Positions 44,465 to 54,973 of a stretch of 56,624 nucleotides of DNA are shown here, piece by piece. A program made the position numbers and the translations under genes. The DNA is from a virus. Lineage: Duplodnaviria; Caudoviricetes. The notes under the pieces were generated by a model. It ran no database searches and was not told where the DNA came from. It worked only from the letters and a program-made list of their open reading frames with translations. Positions within the stretch are counted from its first letter, which is position 1. The number at the start of each line of letters is the position of its first letter. Where the stretch lies: the IMG/VR virus record IMGVR_UViG_3300032250_000366, positions 1 to 56,624 of that record. The stretch is one strand, 5' to 3'.

Positions 44465-46233
44465 TGGCATATAAAATTCAACTAAGAAGAGATATTGCAG
44501 CAAACTGGGTAATCAATAACCCATTACTTTTAAATGGTGAAATAGGAATAGAAACAGATACACTTAAGTTTAAAATAGGAAACGGTTCGCAAAGATGGAA
44601 TAGTCTATCCTCATATGCGTTGAATCCTGGACTACCAAACGGTGTTGCAACATTAAACTCAGATGGCAAAATACCTTTAAGCCAACTTCCAGATCAGATA
44701 TCATTAGATACAGAAGCACTGACAGCTATTCAAAATGCACTTGGAGAAATAAATACTTCAGACATAGAAGAAGGAAGTAATCTTTATTTTACAAACTCTA
44801 GAGCTGTAAACGCTGTAGTATCTCTTTTCGACACAGCAGGATCTGCAGAAAGCGCTCTTAATGCCGCAAAAATAGATGCAACTAATAAAGTAAACGCAGC
44901 TTTAACTACAGCTGCAGATGACGCTACAGATAAAGCAAATGCAGCAATTTTGTCAGCGCAAGCAGATTCAGAATTATTTACAACTTCAGCAATTAATTCA
45001 CTTAGCACTTCTGATATAGAAGAAGGATCAAGACTATATTTTACTAATGCAAGAGTAGAAAATATAGTAGGCCCACTTATATCAGAAACTAGAGGCTATG
45101 TAGACCAAGAAGTATTAAGCGCTAAAGCCTATACTGATTCAGCATTGGAGGCTTTCGAGCCACCTCTTTCCAATATATCATCTACTTCAGATGTTCCAGA
45201 AGGAGGAAATTTATACTTTACTAATGCAAGAGCTATATCTGCAACAAATAATGCAAGAACTGCAGTTCTAGTTTCAGCTTTAACCGCAGTAGACGATTTA
45301 AGAACAGAAATTCAGACAAATCTAACAAACTATATTCCTCTTTCCGAAGTTAATGTTTTTAATGGAATTTCTGGACTAGACTCATCTGGTAAAATATTAG
45401 AATCTTCAGTACCTTCTTCAATTGCAAGAACAAATGCTCCAGTTTTTTCTGGTGATGTTACAGTAGAAAATAATTTAATAGTTGATGGAAACTTAACTAT
45501 TAATGGAACTACAACTACCGTAGATACTGCAAATTTTTCTACAGCTGACGCCCTTATATATCTTGGAGAAGGAAACTCTGGAAACACCATAGACCTTGGA
45601 TTTGTTTCTTCGTTTAATGACGGTACATATCAACACTCAGGACTAGTTAGAGATGCATCTGAGAACAAATGGAGACTCTTTAAGGGAGTATCTGATGAAC
45701 CAACAACAACTATTAATTTTAGCCAAGGATCTCTTGACTCCCTTCAGGTAGGAGGATTTGAGGCATCATCTGCATCAATAGGATCTGTAACAAATGATGA
45801 AATACAAAGACTTAGCGGATTGACATCTGGAGTTCAGTCACAAATAGATTCGATTACAGCAAATTATGCAACCACTATAGATCTTACAGGTGCAATTGCA
45901 GATGCTAATGAGTATACAGATACTGCTGTAAATGCAGTCTCTAACTCCTTGGGTGATTATGTACCAGAGTCTGAAAGAAATCAAAATAATGGATATGCTG
46001 GACTAGACTCAAGTGGCAAGATTCTTGTTTCTGCAGTCCCAATAATATCTAACTCAATGATTGAAAATAATGCAATAACAATTAATGGCACTTCTGTTGC
46101 ACTTGGTGGATCAGTTATTACTGGGTATACAAACGGAATATCTGGATCAAATATAAATAAGATTACTTATGGAACAAATGTAACACCACCTTCAAGCGGA
46201 AATTCTGCTGGAGACATTTACATTCAATACTAA
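44464..46233 (+). CDS. tail fibre protein with Mtd-N/hyaluronidase-N-like head
   Basis: IQLRRD-x3-W-x3-NP-x-L-x2-GEIGIETDT-x-KFKIGNG; three EGSNLYFTNAR-type repeats. Confidence 0.75.
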   Translation: MAYKIQLRRDIAANWVINNPLLLNGEIGIETDTLKFKIGNGSQRWNSLSSYALNPGLPNGVATLNSDGKIPLSQLPDQISLDTEALTAIQNALGEINTSDIEEGSNLYFTNSRAVNAVVSLFDTAGSAESALNAAKIDATNKVNAALTTAADDATDKANAAILSAQADSELFTTSAINSLSTSDIEEGSRLYFTNARVENIVGPLISETRGYVDQEVLSAKAYTDSALEAFEPPLSNISSTSDVPEGGNLYFTNARAISATNNARTAVLVSALTAVDDLRTEIQTNLTNYIPLSEVNVFNGISGLDSSGKILESSVPSSIARTNAPVFSGDVTVENNLIVDGNLTINGTTTTVDTANFSTADALIYLGEGNSGNTIDLGFVSSFNDGTYQHSGLVRDASENKWRLFKGVSDEPTTTINFSQGSLDSLQVGGFEASSASIGSVTNDEIQRLSGLTSGVQSQIDSITANYATTIDLTGAIADANEYTDTAVNAVSNSLGDYVPESERNQNNGYAGLDSSGKILVSAVPIISNSMIENNAITINGTSVALGGSVITGYTNGISGSNINKITYGTNVTPPSSGNSAGDIYIQY

Positions 46234-46242
46234 GGAGACCAA

Positions 46243-48603
46243 ATGCCGCTAAATATTTTTGACGGTTCCAACTGGAATCCTTTAAAAAAAATACAGATTC
46301 ATGATGGCTCTGCCTGGAATGAATCTAAAGCGGCATATATTTGGGACGGATCAGAATGGAAGCCTTTACTTGATCTAAAGCCAAAAAATACAGAGCTACC
46401 AACACTTTCATTACAGGGAGATGCATTTTGGTATGGAGCACAAGAAACTATTTCTGTTTCAAACGGAGTCTGGGAAAATTCTCCAACTTCTTTTAAATAT
46501 CAGTGGCAAAAATCTCCCTATAGTTCATCTGGATATAATTGGTCTAATATATTAGACAAAACTTCAAGTACTTTATTTTTAGATGAAGACGAATGGAACT
46601 CATTAAGAAATCTAAAATATGTTGGATATGCAATAAGATGTAAAGTTACTGCAACAAATTCTGCTGGAGACAATGAAACTGATATCTATACTCTTCCTAC
46701 CCCGCCTATATCTCCACAAAGATTATTAACAATTTCTGCATCAACAACTTCAAACGGTGTAGTAAAAATTGACTGGGTAAAACCAGTAGGCGCAAATGAC
46801 TTTTATCTCTCTTATCAAGGACCAGAAGTACCATTTACATATATAGAAAATATTGGAGATATAAACACGTATACATTTGATACTGGTAGTGCAAATGGCA
46901 CACTTGGAATATTAATTAATCCAAAAAGTACTTCAAATGCAAGCGGACAATCAATTACAGGATTAGGCAAAAATGCATCAATTGGTGATTTAAAGCCAAA
47001 TAAACCTTCAGTAACTGCATCAATGCAATCTTTCTCATGGGGAGGAAGATTAAGCTGGACAAATAACTTAATTCAGCAAACTGCATGGACTATATATAAT
47101 AATGGAGAGCTTTACGCCAGTTCTTTCATGAATGATCCAGCAGCGACATCTTTTGATATAGACAGATTAGGCGAAGGCGGCAGCACGTTTGGTTCATTTA
47201 CAGTTACCGTAACAGGAACAGCTCCAAGATTTACCGAAACATCATGGTCATCTACTCCAGGGCTAACAATAACTTATCCAGCAGTTCCTTTCCCAGTTAA
47301 TCAAATCGCTCCAGTAGTTACAGGAGATGGCAGATCTTTTTCAACAACAAATGGAACATGGAGTAACGAGTCTTCAATCTACTCATACATACAAGAATGG
47401 TACTCTAATGGAGTTGCTATTTGGTGGGGTAATGGTTCAACACTAGACCTAGGGGATTCTACTGATTATGATAATACAAGCATAACGTCCTCTGTTCAAA
47501 TTTTAACAACTGACTTACGATTAACAGACAAAACTTATAGCAGTAATTCTGTTCAGTCAAACCCAGTACCTCCTGCAACCTATACTATCCCAAATTTAAT
47601 TGGCCTCTACAATGTTTCTAGTACATCAAATTATGATATTGCAGTAGGAACAGCAATTGGAACAACAGATTATACAAAAGAAGGCATTGTTGCTTCCCAG
47701 TCTCCTGCCGCTGGAACGTCTGTAAGTACATCTCCAAAGCCAACCATTACTGTTTATAAATACACTTATCAGTCAGCCCCTCAAGTTACATATTATATAG
47801 GATATTCAGCATGTAATAATTTAAATGGAGCACCATATATATCTGGGCCTTCTGTTACTGGGCCATATAGCGCATCATCTATACCAACAGACGTCACGCT
47901 TGGACCAAGTAGTAATAGAGAAGTATTTAAATACAGATCAACATCCGCCGCCGCATTATCTGCAGCAGTACAGCCAGGCTGTGAAACTCCTGTGTTTGCA
48001 CCGCCAGATTTCCCACCAGCACAATTTACAATACCAAATTTAGTTGGGTCATATAATCCTTCTGGCACATCAAGCTATACTGTTTCAAATGGTACATCAG
48101 TTGGTACTGCGGACTACACTAAAGAAGGTATTGTTGCTTCCCAATCTCCAGCCGCTGGAACATCTGTAAACGCTTCTCCAATACCTAACATTACTGTATA
48201 TAGATATACATATCAGGCACCAGAAGTTACTTATTATATTGGGTATAGTAATTGTAATAATCTTTCTGGGAACTATATCTCTTCTCCTTCTGTTACTGGG
48301 CCGTATACAGCATCATCTATCCCAACAGATATCACGCTTGGCTCAGCATCAGCAAGAGAAGTATTTAAATACAGATCAACATCCGCCGCCGCATTATCTG
48401 CAGCAGCACAAGCAGGTTGTGCCACACCAAGCTTTGCACCTCCAGTATTCTTTGCACCTCCAGTATTCTTTGCACCTCCAGTATTCTTCGCACCTCCAGT
48501 ATTCTTTGCACCTCCAGTATTCTTTGCACCTCCAGTATTCTTCGCACCTCCAGTATTCTTCGCACCTCCAACGTTTGGCTCTAGATTTATAAGAGCTTAC
48601 TAA
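46243..48603 (+). CDS. tail protein with Ig/FN3-like domains, two PASTA-like modules and (FFAPPV)n C-terminal tail
   Basis: SNGVW...YQWQ Ig-like; TIPNL-x-G...GIVASQSPAAGTSV x2; ends FAPPTFGSRFIRAY. Confidence 0.7.
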   Translation: MPLNIFDGSNWNPLKKIQIHDGSAWNESKAAYIWDGSEWKPLLDLKPKNTELPTLSLQGDAFWYGAQETISVSNGVWENSPTSFKYQWQKSPYSSSGYNWSNILDKTSSTLFLDEDEWNSLRNLKYVGYAIRCKVTATNSAGDNETDIYTLPTPPISPQRLLTISASTTSNGVVKIDWVKPVGANDFYLSYQGPEVPFTYIENIGDINTYTFDTGSANGTLGILINPKSTSNASGQSITGLGKNASIGDLKPNKPSVTASMQSFSWGGRLSWTNNLIQQTAWTIYNNGELYASSFMNDPAATSFDIDRLGEGGSTFGSFTVTVTGTAPRFTETSWSSTPGLTITYPAVPFPVNQIAPVVTGDGRSFSTTNGTWSNESSIYSYIQEWYSNGVAIWWGNGSTLDLGDSTDYDNTSITSSVQILTTDLRLTDKTYSSNSVQSNPVPPATYTIPNLIGLYNVSSTSNYDIAVGTAIGTTDYTKEGIVASQSPAAGTSVSTSPKPTITVYKYTYQSAPQVTYYIGYSACNNLNGAPYISGPSVTGPYSASSIPTDVTLGPSSNREVFKYRSTSAAALSAAVQPGCETPVFAPPDFPPAQFTIPNLVGSYNPSGTSSYTVSNGTSVGTADYTKEGIVASQSPAAGTSVNASPIPNITVYRYTYQAPEVTYYIGYSNCNNLSGNYISSPSVTGPYTASSIPTDITLGSASAREVFKYRSTSAAALSAAAQAGCATPSFAPPVFFAPPVFFAPPVFFAPPVFFAPPVFFAPPVFFAPPVFFAPPTFGSRFIRAY
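47584..48450 (+). repeat. internal tandem duplication, period 444 bp
   Basis: Copy 1 starts 47584, copy 2 starts 48028; shared AGAGAAGTATTTAAATACAGATCAACATCCGCCGCCGCATTATCTGCAGCAG. Confidence 0.85.
48433..48570 (+). repeat. 18-bp tandem repeat encoding FAPPVF
   Basis: TTYGCACCTCCAGTATTC x7 plus a partial copy. Confidence 0.95.
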
Positions 48604-48606
48604 GTC

Positions 48607-48804
48607 ATGAAAGATGTAAAGCCCTGGGACATTTTAAACCCAAATACTGAATTGTCTTCAGAATCACTTCAAGAAGAAAGATATAGTATTTGTAAAGCAT
48701 GCCCAGAGTTTATTGGTCTAACAACTCAGTGCAGGAAGTGTGGATGTTTTATGAAGTTAAAAACAAAAATTTCATTAGCCTCTTGCCCATTAGAAAAATG
48801 GTAA
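48607..48804 (+). CDS. small Cys-rich protein (DUF6171-like)
   Basis: R-x2-ICKACP...QCRKCGCFM-x2-KT...CPLEKW. Confidence 0.7.
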   Translation: MKDVKPWDILNPNTELSSESLQEERYSICKACPEFIGLTTQCRKCGCFMKLKTKISLASCPLEKW

Positions 48805-48875
48805 AGATAGGCGTATTGTAATCTTTTATAGGATATAATTATCTAAGTAACAAGACTTACACAAGGGGGTAGCCC

Positions 48876-49433
48876 ATGGCCACCAGTTTTCCAAATAGCA
48901 TAGATGAATTAATAAACCCAAATGGATCAGATCAATTATCTGCTCCTTCACATTCTGAGCAACATGCAAATGCCAATGATGCAATTGAAGCGCTTCAGAT
49001 AAAGGTTGGAGTTGACGGGTCAGAGAATCCAAACTCTTTAACATATAAAATCTCAACAGTTGAGGCATTACTTAATGATGTTAACAACAGTAGCGATGAG
49101 ACAATAGAATTACTTGGACTAGAAGGCAATAACGACCTTACAGTTTACGGAATAGAAAATCCTACAAATGTTGACTCATTTGCAAAGGCAACATGGAGAA
49201 CAGTCAAGTACAATCTTCAGGTTACAAAAGGATCAGATGTATACACATCAGAGATATTGGCATCACATAATGGCACAGACATACTTGTCTCAGAGTCAAA
49301 CATGATATCAAACACAAACACTAACTTATTTAATTATACTTTCGAAGAAAATTCAGGTATAATTAGTTTAAGAATCACCCCTGTTTCTGGTGAAATTGCA
49401 GTAAGATTTACAAGAACAGCGCTTAAGGCATAA
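48876..49433 (+). CDS. virion structural protein
   Basis: MATSFP-x-SID, H-x2-QH-x3-NDAIEALQ-x-KVG. Confidence 0.65.
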   Translation: MATSFPNSIDELINPNGSDQLSAPSHSEQHANANDAIEALQIKVGVDGSENPNSLTYKISTVEALLNDVNNSSDETIELLGLEGNNDLTVYGIENPTNVDSFAKATWRTVKYNLQVTKGSDVYTSEILASHNGTDILVSESNMISNTNTNLFNYTFEENSGIISLRITPVSGEIAVRFTRTALKA

Positions 49434-49463
49434 TAAAAAAAAGCAGTAAGAGGAGTCATATAA

Positions 49464-51023
49464 ATGGCAACAGTAGTAAAAAACTTTAGAATTAAATCAG
49501 GCCTCGTAGTTGAAGGTACAACGGGTACAATCAATGGCCAAAACATCCTTACAGAAACAGGCGGAGATGCATACATTCTCAACCTCGTTGGTGGAGCTAC
49601 ACTTGTAAAGTCAGTAGGAACAAATCTTTCAGTAGACGGCGCTGGAGAGCTCTCGCTTGATCTTGTAGGTATTGCAGAAGATATAGCAGGAACCAGACTT
49701 ACTACAGATGGATCAACTCTTAATGTAGATGTTGATGGCATTGCAAACGACCTAACTGGCTCATATGATTTTGCAACAAACTCAGATGTATCAATGGCAG
49801 TTGGAACAGAAGCAACTAACCGTGATTCAGCAATTGCTACCGCCAAGGGCGAGGCAATTAGCACAGCAGCAACTGATGCTACCAATAAGGCAAACGCAGC
49901 ACAGGCTGCAGCAGAAGCCACAGCATCAGCAGATGCAACATCAAAGGCTAACGCAGCACAAGCTGCAGCAGAAGCCACAGCATCAGCAGATGCAACATCA
50001 AAGGCTAACGCAGCACAAGCTGCAGCAGAAGCAACCGCAGCATCTGATGCAACATCTAAGGCTAACACAGCAGAACAAAATGCTAAAGATTATGCAGATG
50101 AATTAATCAATGACGCATCTTCTTCTTCAGCTGAAGTTTGGTCAGCATACAAGACAAGCACAGAAATTGGACTTGCTCAAGCAGCAGCAGAACAGCATGC
50201 AGATGATGCAGTAGCAGCACTTGTTGGCTCAGCGCCAGCGGTTCTTGATACAATTCAAGAGTTGGCAACAGCGCTTGAGAATAATCCAGATATTATTGCT
50301 GATCTTGAAAATGTAGCTGCAGGAAAGCAAAACACATTAACTGCAGGATCAAATATTGACATTACAGCAGATGTTATCTCTGTAACTGGCCTTGACTCAG
50401 CAGATATATCAGACTTTAACACAGCAGCACTTTCTGCAACATCAGCAGCATACGATGCAGCAGGTTCTGCATCAGCAGCACAGACTGCAGCACAGAGCTA
50501 CGCTGACGGTCTTGCTGTTAACTACGATGCAGCAGGTTCTGCATCAGCAGCACAGACTGCAGCACAGAGCTACGCTGACGGTCTTGCTGTTAACTACGAT
50601 GCAGCAGGTTCTGCATCAGCAGCACAGACTGCAGCAGAAGGATATGCAGATGGCCTTGTAGACAATCTTGTAGACGGCACAACAGCATTCACAGAAATTA
50701 ATGTAAACGATGAGGCTAAGCACATTGCAGCTACATCAGCATCATTGGGATCAGTTCCAGTAACTGCTTATCAGTGGGCAAAAGCGGATTTCCGCTCAGG
50801 TAAGTTCCTTGTTAAGATTGACAACGGAACACATAACGAAATATCAGAAATTCTAGTAACACTAGATTCATCAGATAACGTAGCAATTACAGAGTATGCA
50901 ATTGTTGGAACTAATGGATCAAGAGGAACAATTACAGCATCAGTATCTGGTGCAAATGTTCAGCTAAGAGTAGATCCAGTAAATGATTCAACAATCAAAG
51001 TAACTGGAACACTTCTTAAATAA
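49464..51023 (+). CDS. tail fibre protein with Ala-rich repeats
   Basis: AAQAAAEATASADATSKAN x3, APAVLDTIQELATAL, YDAAGSASAAQTAA x3. Confidence 0.7.
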   Translation: MATVVKNFRIKSGLVVEGTTGTINGQNILTETGGDAYILNLVGGATLVKSVGTNLSVDGAGELSLDLVGIAEDIAGTRLTTDGSTLNVDVDGIANDLTGSYDFATNSDVSMAVGTEATNRDSAIATAKGEAISTAATDATNKANAAQAAAEATASADATSKANAAQAAAEATASADATSKANAAQAAAEATAASDATSKANTAEQNAKDYADELINDASSSSAEVWSAYKTSTEIGLAQAAAEQHADDAVAALVGSAPAVLDTIQELATALENNPDIIADLENVAAGKQNTLTAGSNIDITADVISVTGLDSADISDFNTAALSATSAAYDAAGSASAAQTAAQSYADGLAVNYDAAGSASAAQTAAQSYADGLAVNYDAAGSASAAQTAAEGYADGLVDNLVDGTTAFTEINVNDEAKHIAATSASLGSVPVTAYQWAKADFRSGKFLVKIDNGTHNEISEILVTLDSSDNVAITEYAIVGTNGSRGTITASVSGANVQLRVDPVNDSTIKVTGTLLK

Positions 51024-51038
51024 TTAAATAAAGGTTTT

Positions 51039-51060
51039 GGGGGATTCCTTAAAAATCCCC
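51039..51060 (+). terminator. hairpin
   Basis: GGGGATT-N7-AATCCCC. Confidence 0.5.
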
Positions 51061-51093
51061 CACAATAAACAATTAGGGGATACGTGAACTTAA

Positions 51094-51456
51094 ATGGCAA
51101 CAGTAAATAAAAATTTTAAAGTAAAGAATGGGCTAAATGTAGCAGGCACTGCAACATTTGACACAGACATAGTTTTAGGGACAGCCCCAATATCGTTTGA
51201 TACACAAACAAATAGGCTAAAGGTTCAGATAGACGGAACTTGGCAGCCTATTGCTTTATACTCAGAAATTCCAAATGAAGCTACAATGCTTTCATTTATG
51301 GATGTCGGATTAGCCATTGATTATGATGGCCAGCCAACATATATAATACAGGCAAACGGAGTCACTCCATCAGGGGCTAACAAGTTCATATCTGGTGGGG
51401 ACCCAAGTACTACAGAGTTTGGAGTTACTTTCGATTCAGGAGCATTAGTAGCATGA
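51094..51456 (+). CDS. virion structural protein
   Basis: MATVNKNFKVKNGL, N-terminus similar to 49464 gene. Confidence 0.6.
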   Translation: MATVNKNFKVKNGLNVAGTATFDTDIVLGTAPISFDTQTNRLKVQIDGTWQPIALYSEIPNEATMLSFMDVGLAIDYDGQPTYIIQANGVTPSGANKFISGGDPSTTEFGVTFDSGALVA

Positions 51457-51517
51457 TGCTTAAACGTAATGGTTTTAATGCTATAATTTCAATATATCAA
51501 ATTAAAGGGGTGGCATA

Positions 51518-54043
51518 ATGTCAACAGTAAGAATTCAAGTACGTAGAGGTACAGCCTCAGAATGGACCGCAGCAAATCCAATATTGGCTGCAGGTGAAAT
51601 GGGTGTTGAGACAAACACAAATAAATTTAAATTCGGTAATGGTTCATCCACATGGACTGCTCTTTCATATGCCGCAGCAGATACAGCAGCAATTGGTGAA
51701 ATTTCCCAAGACGCTATTGATCAAGCTCTTTCAATGGGCGCTGGATTAGTAAAGACTTATAATGATGGTACAAACACTATTACAATAACTGTAGATACAG
51801 ACGTTGTTTCTACAAAGGCCTTTGCTTCATCAGAAGCATCTGCAGCAGAAGCAGCAGCAATCGCAGCAGCAGAAGCTTATACTGATACAGCAATAAGTGG
51901 AGTGAATAACTCATTAGGAAGCTATATTGAGTTGGCAGATAGAGGAGTAATGAATGGCGTAGCATCACTTGATGCAAACGGCAAAGTTCCTCAAGCAGAA
52001 CTTCCACTAAATATTTTAACAACAAACATCAACACATCAGGAACAGTATCTGCAGGAACAGTAACAGCAGATAATGTGACTTCAGCAGCTTTATTAACAG
52101 CAAATGATGTAAACATTACTGGAGACCTAACTGTAACTGGAACAACAACAACAGTAAGCTCAACAAATGTTTCATACGAAGATCCACTAATTTACATGGG
52201 CGATGGCAACCAGTCAAACATACTTGACCTTGGTATCGTAGCTGCATTTAATGATGGAACTTATCAGCATGCTGGTCTTGTTCGTGATGCCTCAGATAAT
52301 GGAATTTGGAAGCTGTTCGCAGGTGTAACTACTGAGCCTGGCGCAACAGTAGACTTCACAAATTATACAAAAGAAGACCTAGAGGTTGGACATTTATATT
52401 CAGATTCAGCAAGAATTGGAGCAGTAACAAATCCAGAAATTCAGCACCTAGCAGGTGTAAATGCACCAATTCAGACACAGCTTAATGCCAAGCTATCAGC
52501 AATCCCTGACGACTCTGTCACAACAGGAAAGATTGCAGACGACGCAGTAACTAACTTAAAGGTTGCAGATAATGCAATTGACAATTCAAAGATTGCAGCA
52601 AACGCAATCAGTGTTGATAAGATTGCAGATTCTGCAATATCTACTGCAAAAATTGCAGATGCAGCAGTAGATACTCCAAAGATTGCAGATGATGCAGTTA
52701 CTACTGCAAAAATTGCAAACTCTTCAGTTACTACATTAAAGATTGTAGATGGAGCAGTTAATGTAGACAAGCTTGGAGATGGCGCTGTAAGCACTGCAAA
52801 GATTGCAAACTCTTCAGTAACTACAGAAAAGATGGCAGATCTAGCAATTACAGACGCTAAAGTATCTGATACAGCAGAAATAGCAATGTCAAAGATTGCT
52901 GGATTAGATGAAGCAATTGATGCAAAGTCACCAATTGATTCTCCAACATTTACTGGATCAGTAGTTCTTCCATCAACAACAGGAATTGGATCAGTAGATG
53001 CTACTGAAATTGGTTACTTAAATGGAGTAACATCAGCTATTCAGACACAGTTTGCATCAGCTACAACAGCTCTTTCAAACCATGAGTCAGATACAACAAA
53101 TATTCATGGCATTGCAGATACAGCGCTACTTGCAACAAAGGAATATGCAGACACTGCAGAGTCAGATGCAATCACAGCAGCTGGCACAGCAGCAGACACA
53201 AAGATTTCAACTGCAGTAGCAGCACTTACAAAGTCTTCAGTAGGACTTGCAAATGTTGACAACACTTCAGATGCAAATAAGCCAGTATCAACTGCTACAC
53301 AGACAGCTCTAGATGCTAAGGCTTCACTTGCAGGAGCAGTATTTACAGGCAACGTAGAAGTAGACGGAAACCTTGTAGTAGACGGAGACATAACAGTTAA
53401 CGGTTCAGCATTTAATGCATCTGCAACATCTATCACAATTGAAGATAATATGGTTCAGCTTGCCCATCAAAATGCAGCAAATACAGTTGACCTAGGTCTT
53501 GTAGTTGGATACAACGATGGTTCAGCAAAGCACGCAGGTCTTGTAAGAGACGTATCTGATGCTAAGTGGAAGTTGTTCAAGGGTGTAACTACAGAACCTT
53601 CAACAACAGTTGATTTCACACAAGGATCGCTTGATGACTTAAAGGTTGCAGCATTTGAGGCAACAACAGTAACCCCATCATCTGGTGTAGTCTTCTCAGA
53701 CGGAACACAGACAAAGGCTGGAGTTCCTTCTTTAACAACAATTGGAACAGCAATTGCTGGAGCATACAACCTCTCAACAGGCGGACTTGCGCTAAGAGAT
53801 CAGTTAATTCCAGTTTCTGGAGCACATGCAATCACAGTGCCTACAAATGCAACTACAGCTTACCCAGTAGGAACTTCAATAAGCTTCTACCAGTCAGCTG
53901 GAACAGATGCAAACTTTGTGGAAGCTGCTGGAGTTACAATATTAAGAACTCCAGGACTAAAGTTAAGAACAACTAGCTCATCAGCAACACTGACCAAGGT
54001 CGCAACAGACACATGGTTACTCGCTGGAGATCTAAAGGCGTAA
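51518..54043 (+). CDS. long tail fibre protein with Mtd-N-like head and (AVTTAKIAD)n repeats
   Basis: RIQVRRGT-x3-W-x3-NPILAAGEMGVET; about 12 decapeptide repeats; HAGLVRD module twice; C-terminal DTWLLAGDL. Confidence 0.75.
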   Translation: MSTVRIQVRRGTASEWTAANPILAAGEMGVETNTNKFKFGNGSSTWTALSYAAADTAAIGEISQDAIDQALSMGAGLVKTYNDGTNTITITVDTDVVSTKAFASSEASAAEAAAIAAAEAYTDTAISGVNNSLGSYIELADRGVMNGVASLDANGKVPQAELPLNILTTNINTSGTVSAGTVTADNVTSAALLTANDVNITGDLTVTGTTTTVSSTNVSYEDPLIYMGDGNQSNILDLGIVAAFNDGTYQHAGLVRDASDNGIWKLFAGVTTEPGATVDFTNYTKEDLEVGHLYSDSARIGAVTNPEIQHLAGVNAPIQTQLNAKLSAIPDDSVTTGKIADDAVTNLKVADNAIDNSKIAANAISVDKIADSAISTAKIADAAVDTPKIADDAVTTAKIANSSVTTLKIVDGAVNVDKLGDGAVSTAKIANSSVTTEKMADLAITDAKVSDTAEIAMSKIAGLDEAIDAKSPIDSPTFTGSVVLPSTTGIGSVDATEIGYLNGVTSAIQTQFASATTALSNHESDTTNIHGIADTALLATKEYADTAESDAITAAGTAADTKISTAVAALTKSSVGLANVDNTSDANKPVSTATQTALDAKASLAGAVFTGNVEVDGNLVVDGDITVNGSAFNASATSITIEDNMVQLAHQNAANTVDLGLVVGYNDGSAKHAGLVRDVSDAKWKLFKGVTTEPSTTVDFTQGSLDDLKVAAFEATTVTPSSGVVFSDGTQTKAGVPSLTTIGTAIAGAYNLSTGGLALRDQLIPVSGAHAITVPTNATTAYPVGTSISFYQSAGTDANFVEAAGVTILRTPGLKLRTTSSSATLTKVATDTWLLAGDLKA

Positions 54044-54067
54044 TAGGAAAAGGAATAGGAAAATAAT

Positions 54068-54901
54068 ATGTCAAAAAATATAGGTAGAAGAGCATCAGCT
54101 CAAGATAACTTTATTGGCCCAAATCCTCCTACTGGATTAACAGCAACAAATGTTGGCGCCAATAGACCATTTAATGATGGACGCATAGACCTAGCCTGGG
54201 TAGCACCAGCAGCAGGAAATGCTCCAACACAATATAAGGTGTTTAGAGAAGGTACAGAAATTGCAACAGTTAATGCACCAACTGTCACTTTTTCAAATAC
54301 TGGATTAACATCAGCAACGCTTTATTCTTATACTGTAAAGGCAGTGGATTCGTATGGTACCTCAACAGATTCTAATACTGCAACTGCTACAGCTACTACT
54401 GTTCCAAGCGCCCCAACAAGCGCAACTGCAACAGCTGGAGTTAACGCAAATACAGTTCAGTGGTCAGCTCCAGCAAATGGTGGAACTGCAATAACTAATT
54501 ATTACATTGTTGGAAATGATGCAACTACTGGCAACTCAGCTAGCTTATCTGTATCAATTCCAGATACTGCTGGAACTTCTCAGTATTATAATGTATATGC
54601 AGATAATGCAAATGGAAGATCAGCAGCATCTAATAACACAAATTCAGTTACTACGCTTGCTCCAACATTCTTCGCTCCACCGTTCTTCCCACCGTTCTTC
54701 CCACCAAGCTTCTTTGCCCCACCAGGGTTCTTTGCCCCACCAGGGTTCTTTGCACCGCCAGTGTTCTTTGCACCGCCAGTGTTCTTTGCCCCACCAGGGT
54801 TCTTTGCACCGCCAGTGTTCTTTGCACCGCCAGTGTTCTTTGCCCCACCAGGGTTCTTTGCACCGCCGACCTTTGGTTCACGTTTTATTAGAGCATACTA
54901 A
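54068..54901 (+). CDS. two-FN3 protein with (FFAPPx)n tail
   Basis: PPTGLTA...LAW...YKVFR...GL...YSYTVKAV; second FN3 W-x-AP-x-NGG-x2-IT-x-Y; ends FAPPTFGSRFIRAY. Confidence 0.75.
   Translation: MSKNIGRRASAQDNFIGPNPPTGLTATNVGANRPFNDGRIDLAWVAPAAGNAPTQYKVFREGTEIATVNAPTVTFSNTGLTSATLYSYTVKAVDSYGTSTDSNTATATATTVPSAPTSATATAGVNANTVQWSAPANGGTAITNYYIVGNDATTGNSASLSVSIPDTAGTSQYYNVYADNANGRSAASNNTNSVTTLAPTFFAPPFFPPFFPPSFFAPPGFFAPPGFFAPPVFFAPPVFFAPPGFFAPPVFFAPPVFFAPPGFFAPPTFGSRFIRAY
54668..54868 (+). repeat. 18-bp (and 12-bp) tandem repeats encoding FFAPP(G/V) and FFPP
   Basis: TTCTTTGCCCCACCAGGG and TTCTTTGCACCGCCAGTG units. Confidence 0.95.
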
Positions 54902-54914
54902 TAATATATCGCAC

Positions 54915-54940
54915 AATAGCAAGGGGTAACCCTTGCTATT
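54915..54940 (+). terminator. intrinsic terminator hairpin
   Basis: AATAGCAAGGG-GTAA-CCCTTGCTATT. Confidence 0.75.
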
Positions 54941-54973
54941 GTGCTTTATAAATATAAATGCTACAATTCATAT

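Noticed and set aside
44464-54901. Diversity-generating retroelement suggested by Mtd-N-like heads and duplicated C-terminal sequences
   Set aside because: No reverse transcriptase in the window; differences between duplicated segments are largely synonymous and not adenine-specific
48239-54929. Alternate-frame ORFs with LHLQYS, RRILEV or QRTLAV repeats
   Set aside because: Other reading frames of the 18-bp FAPP repeats; synonymous variation fits only the FAPP frame
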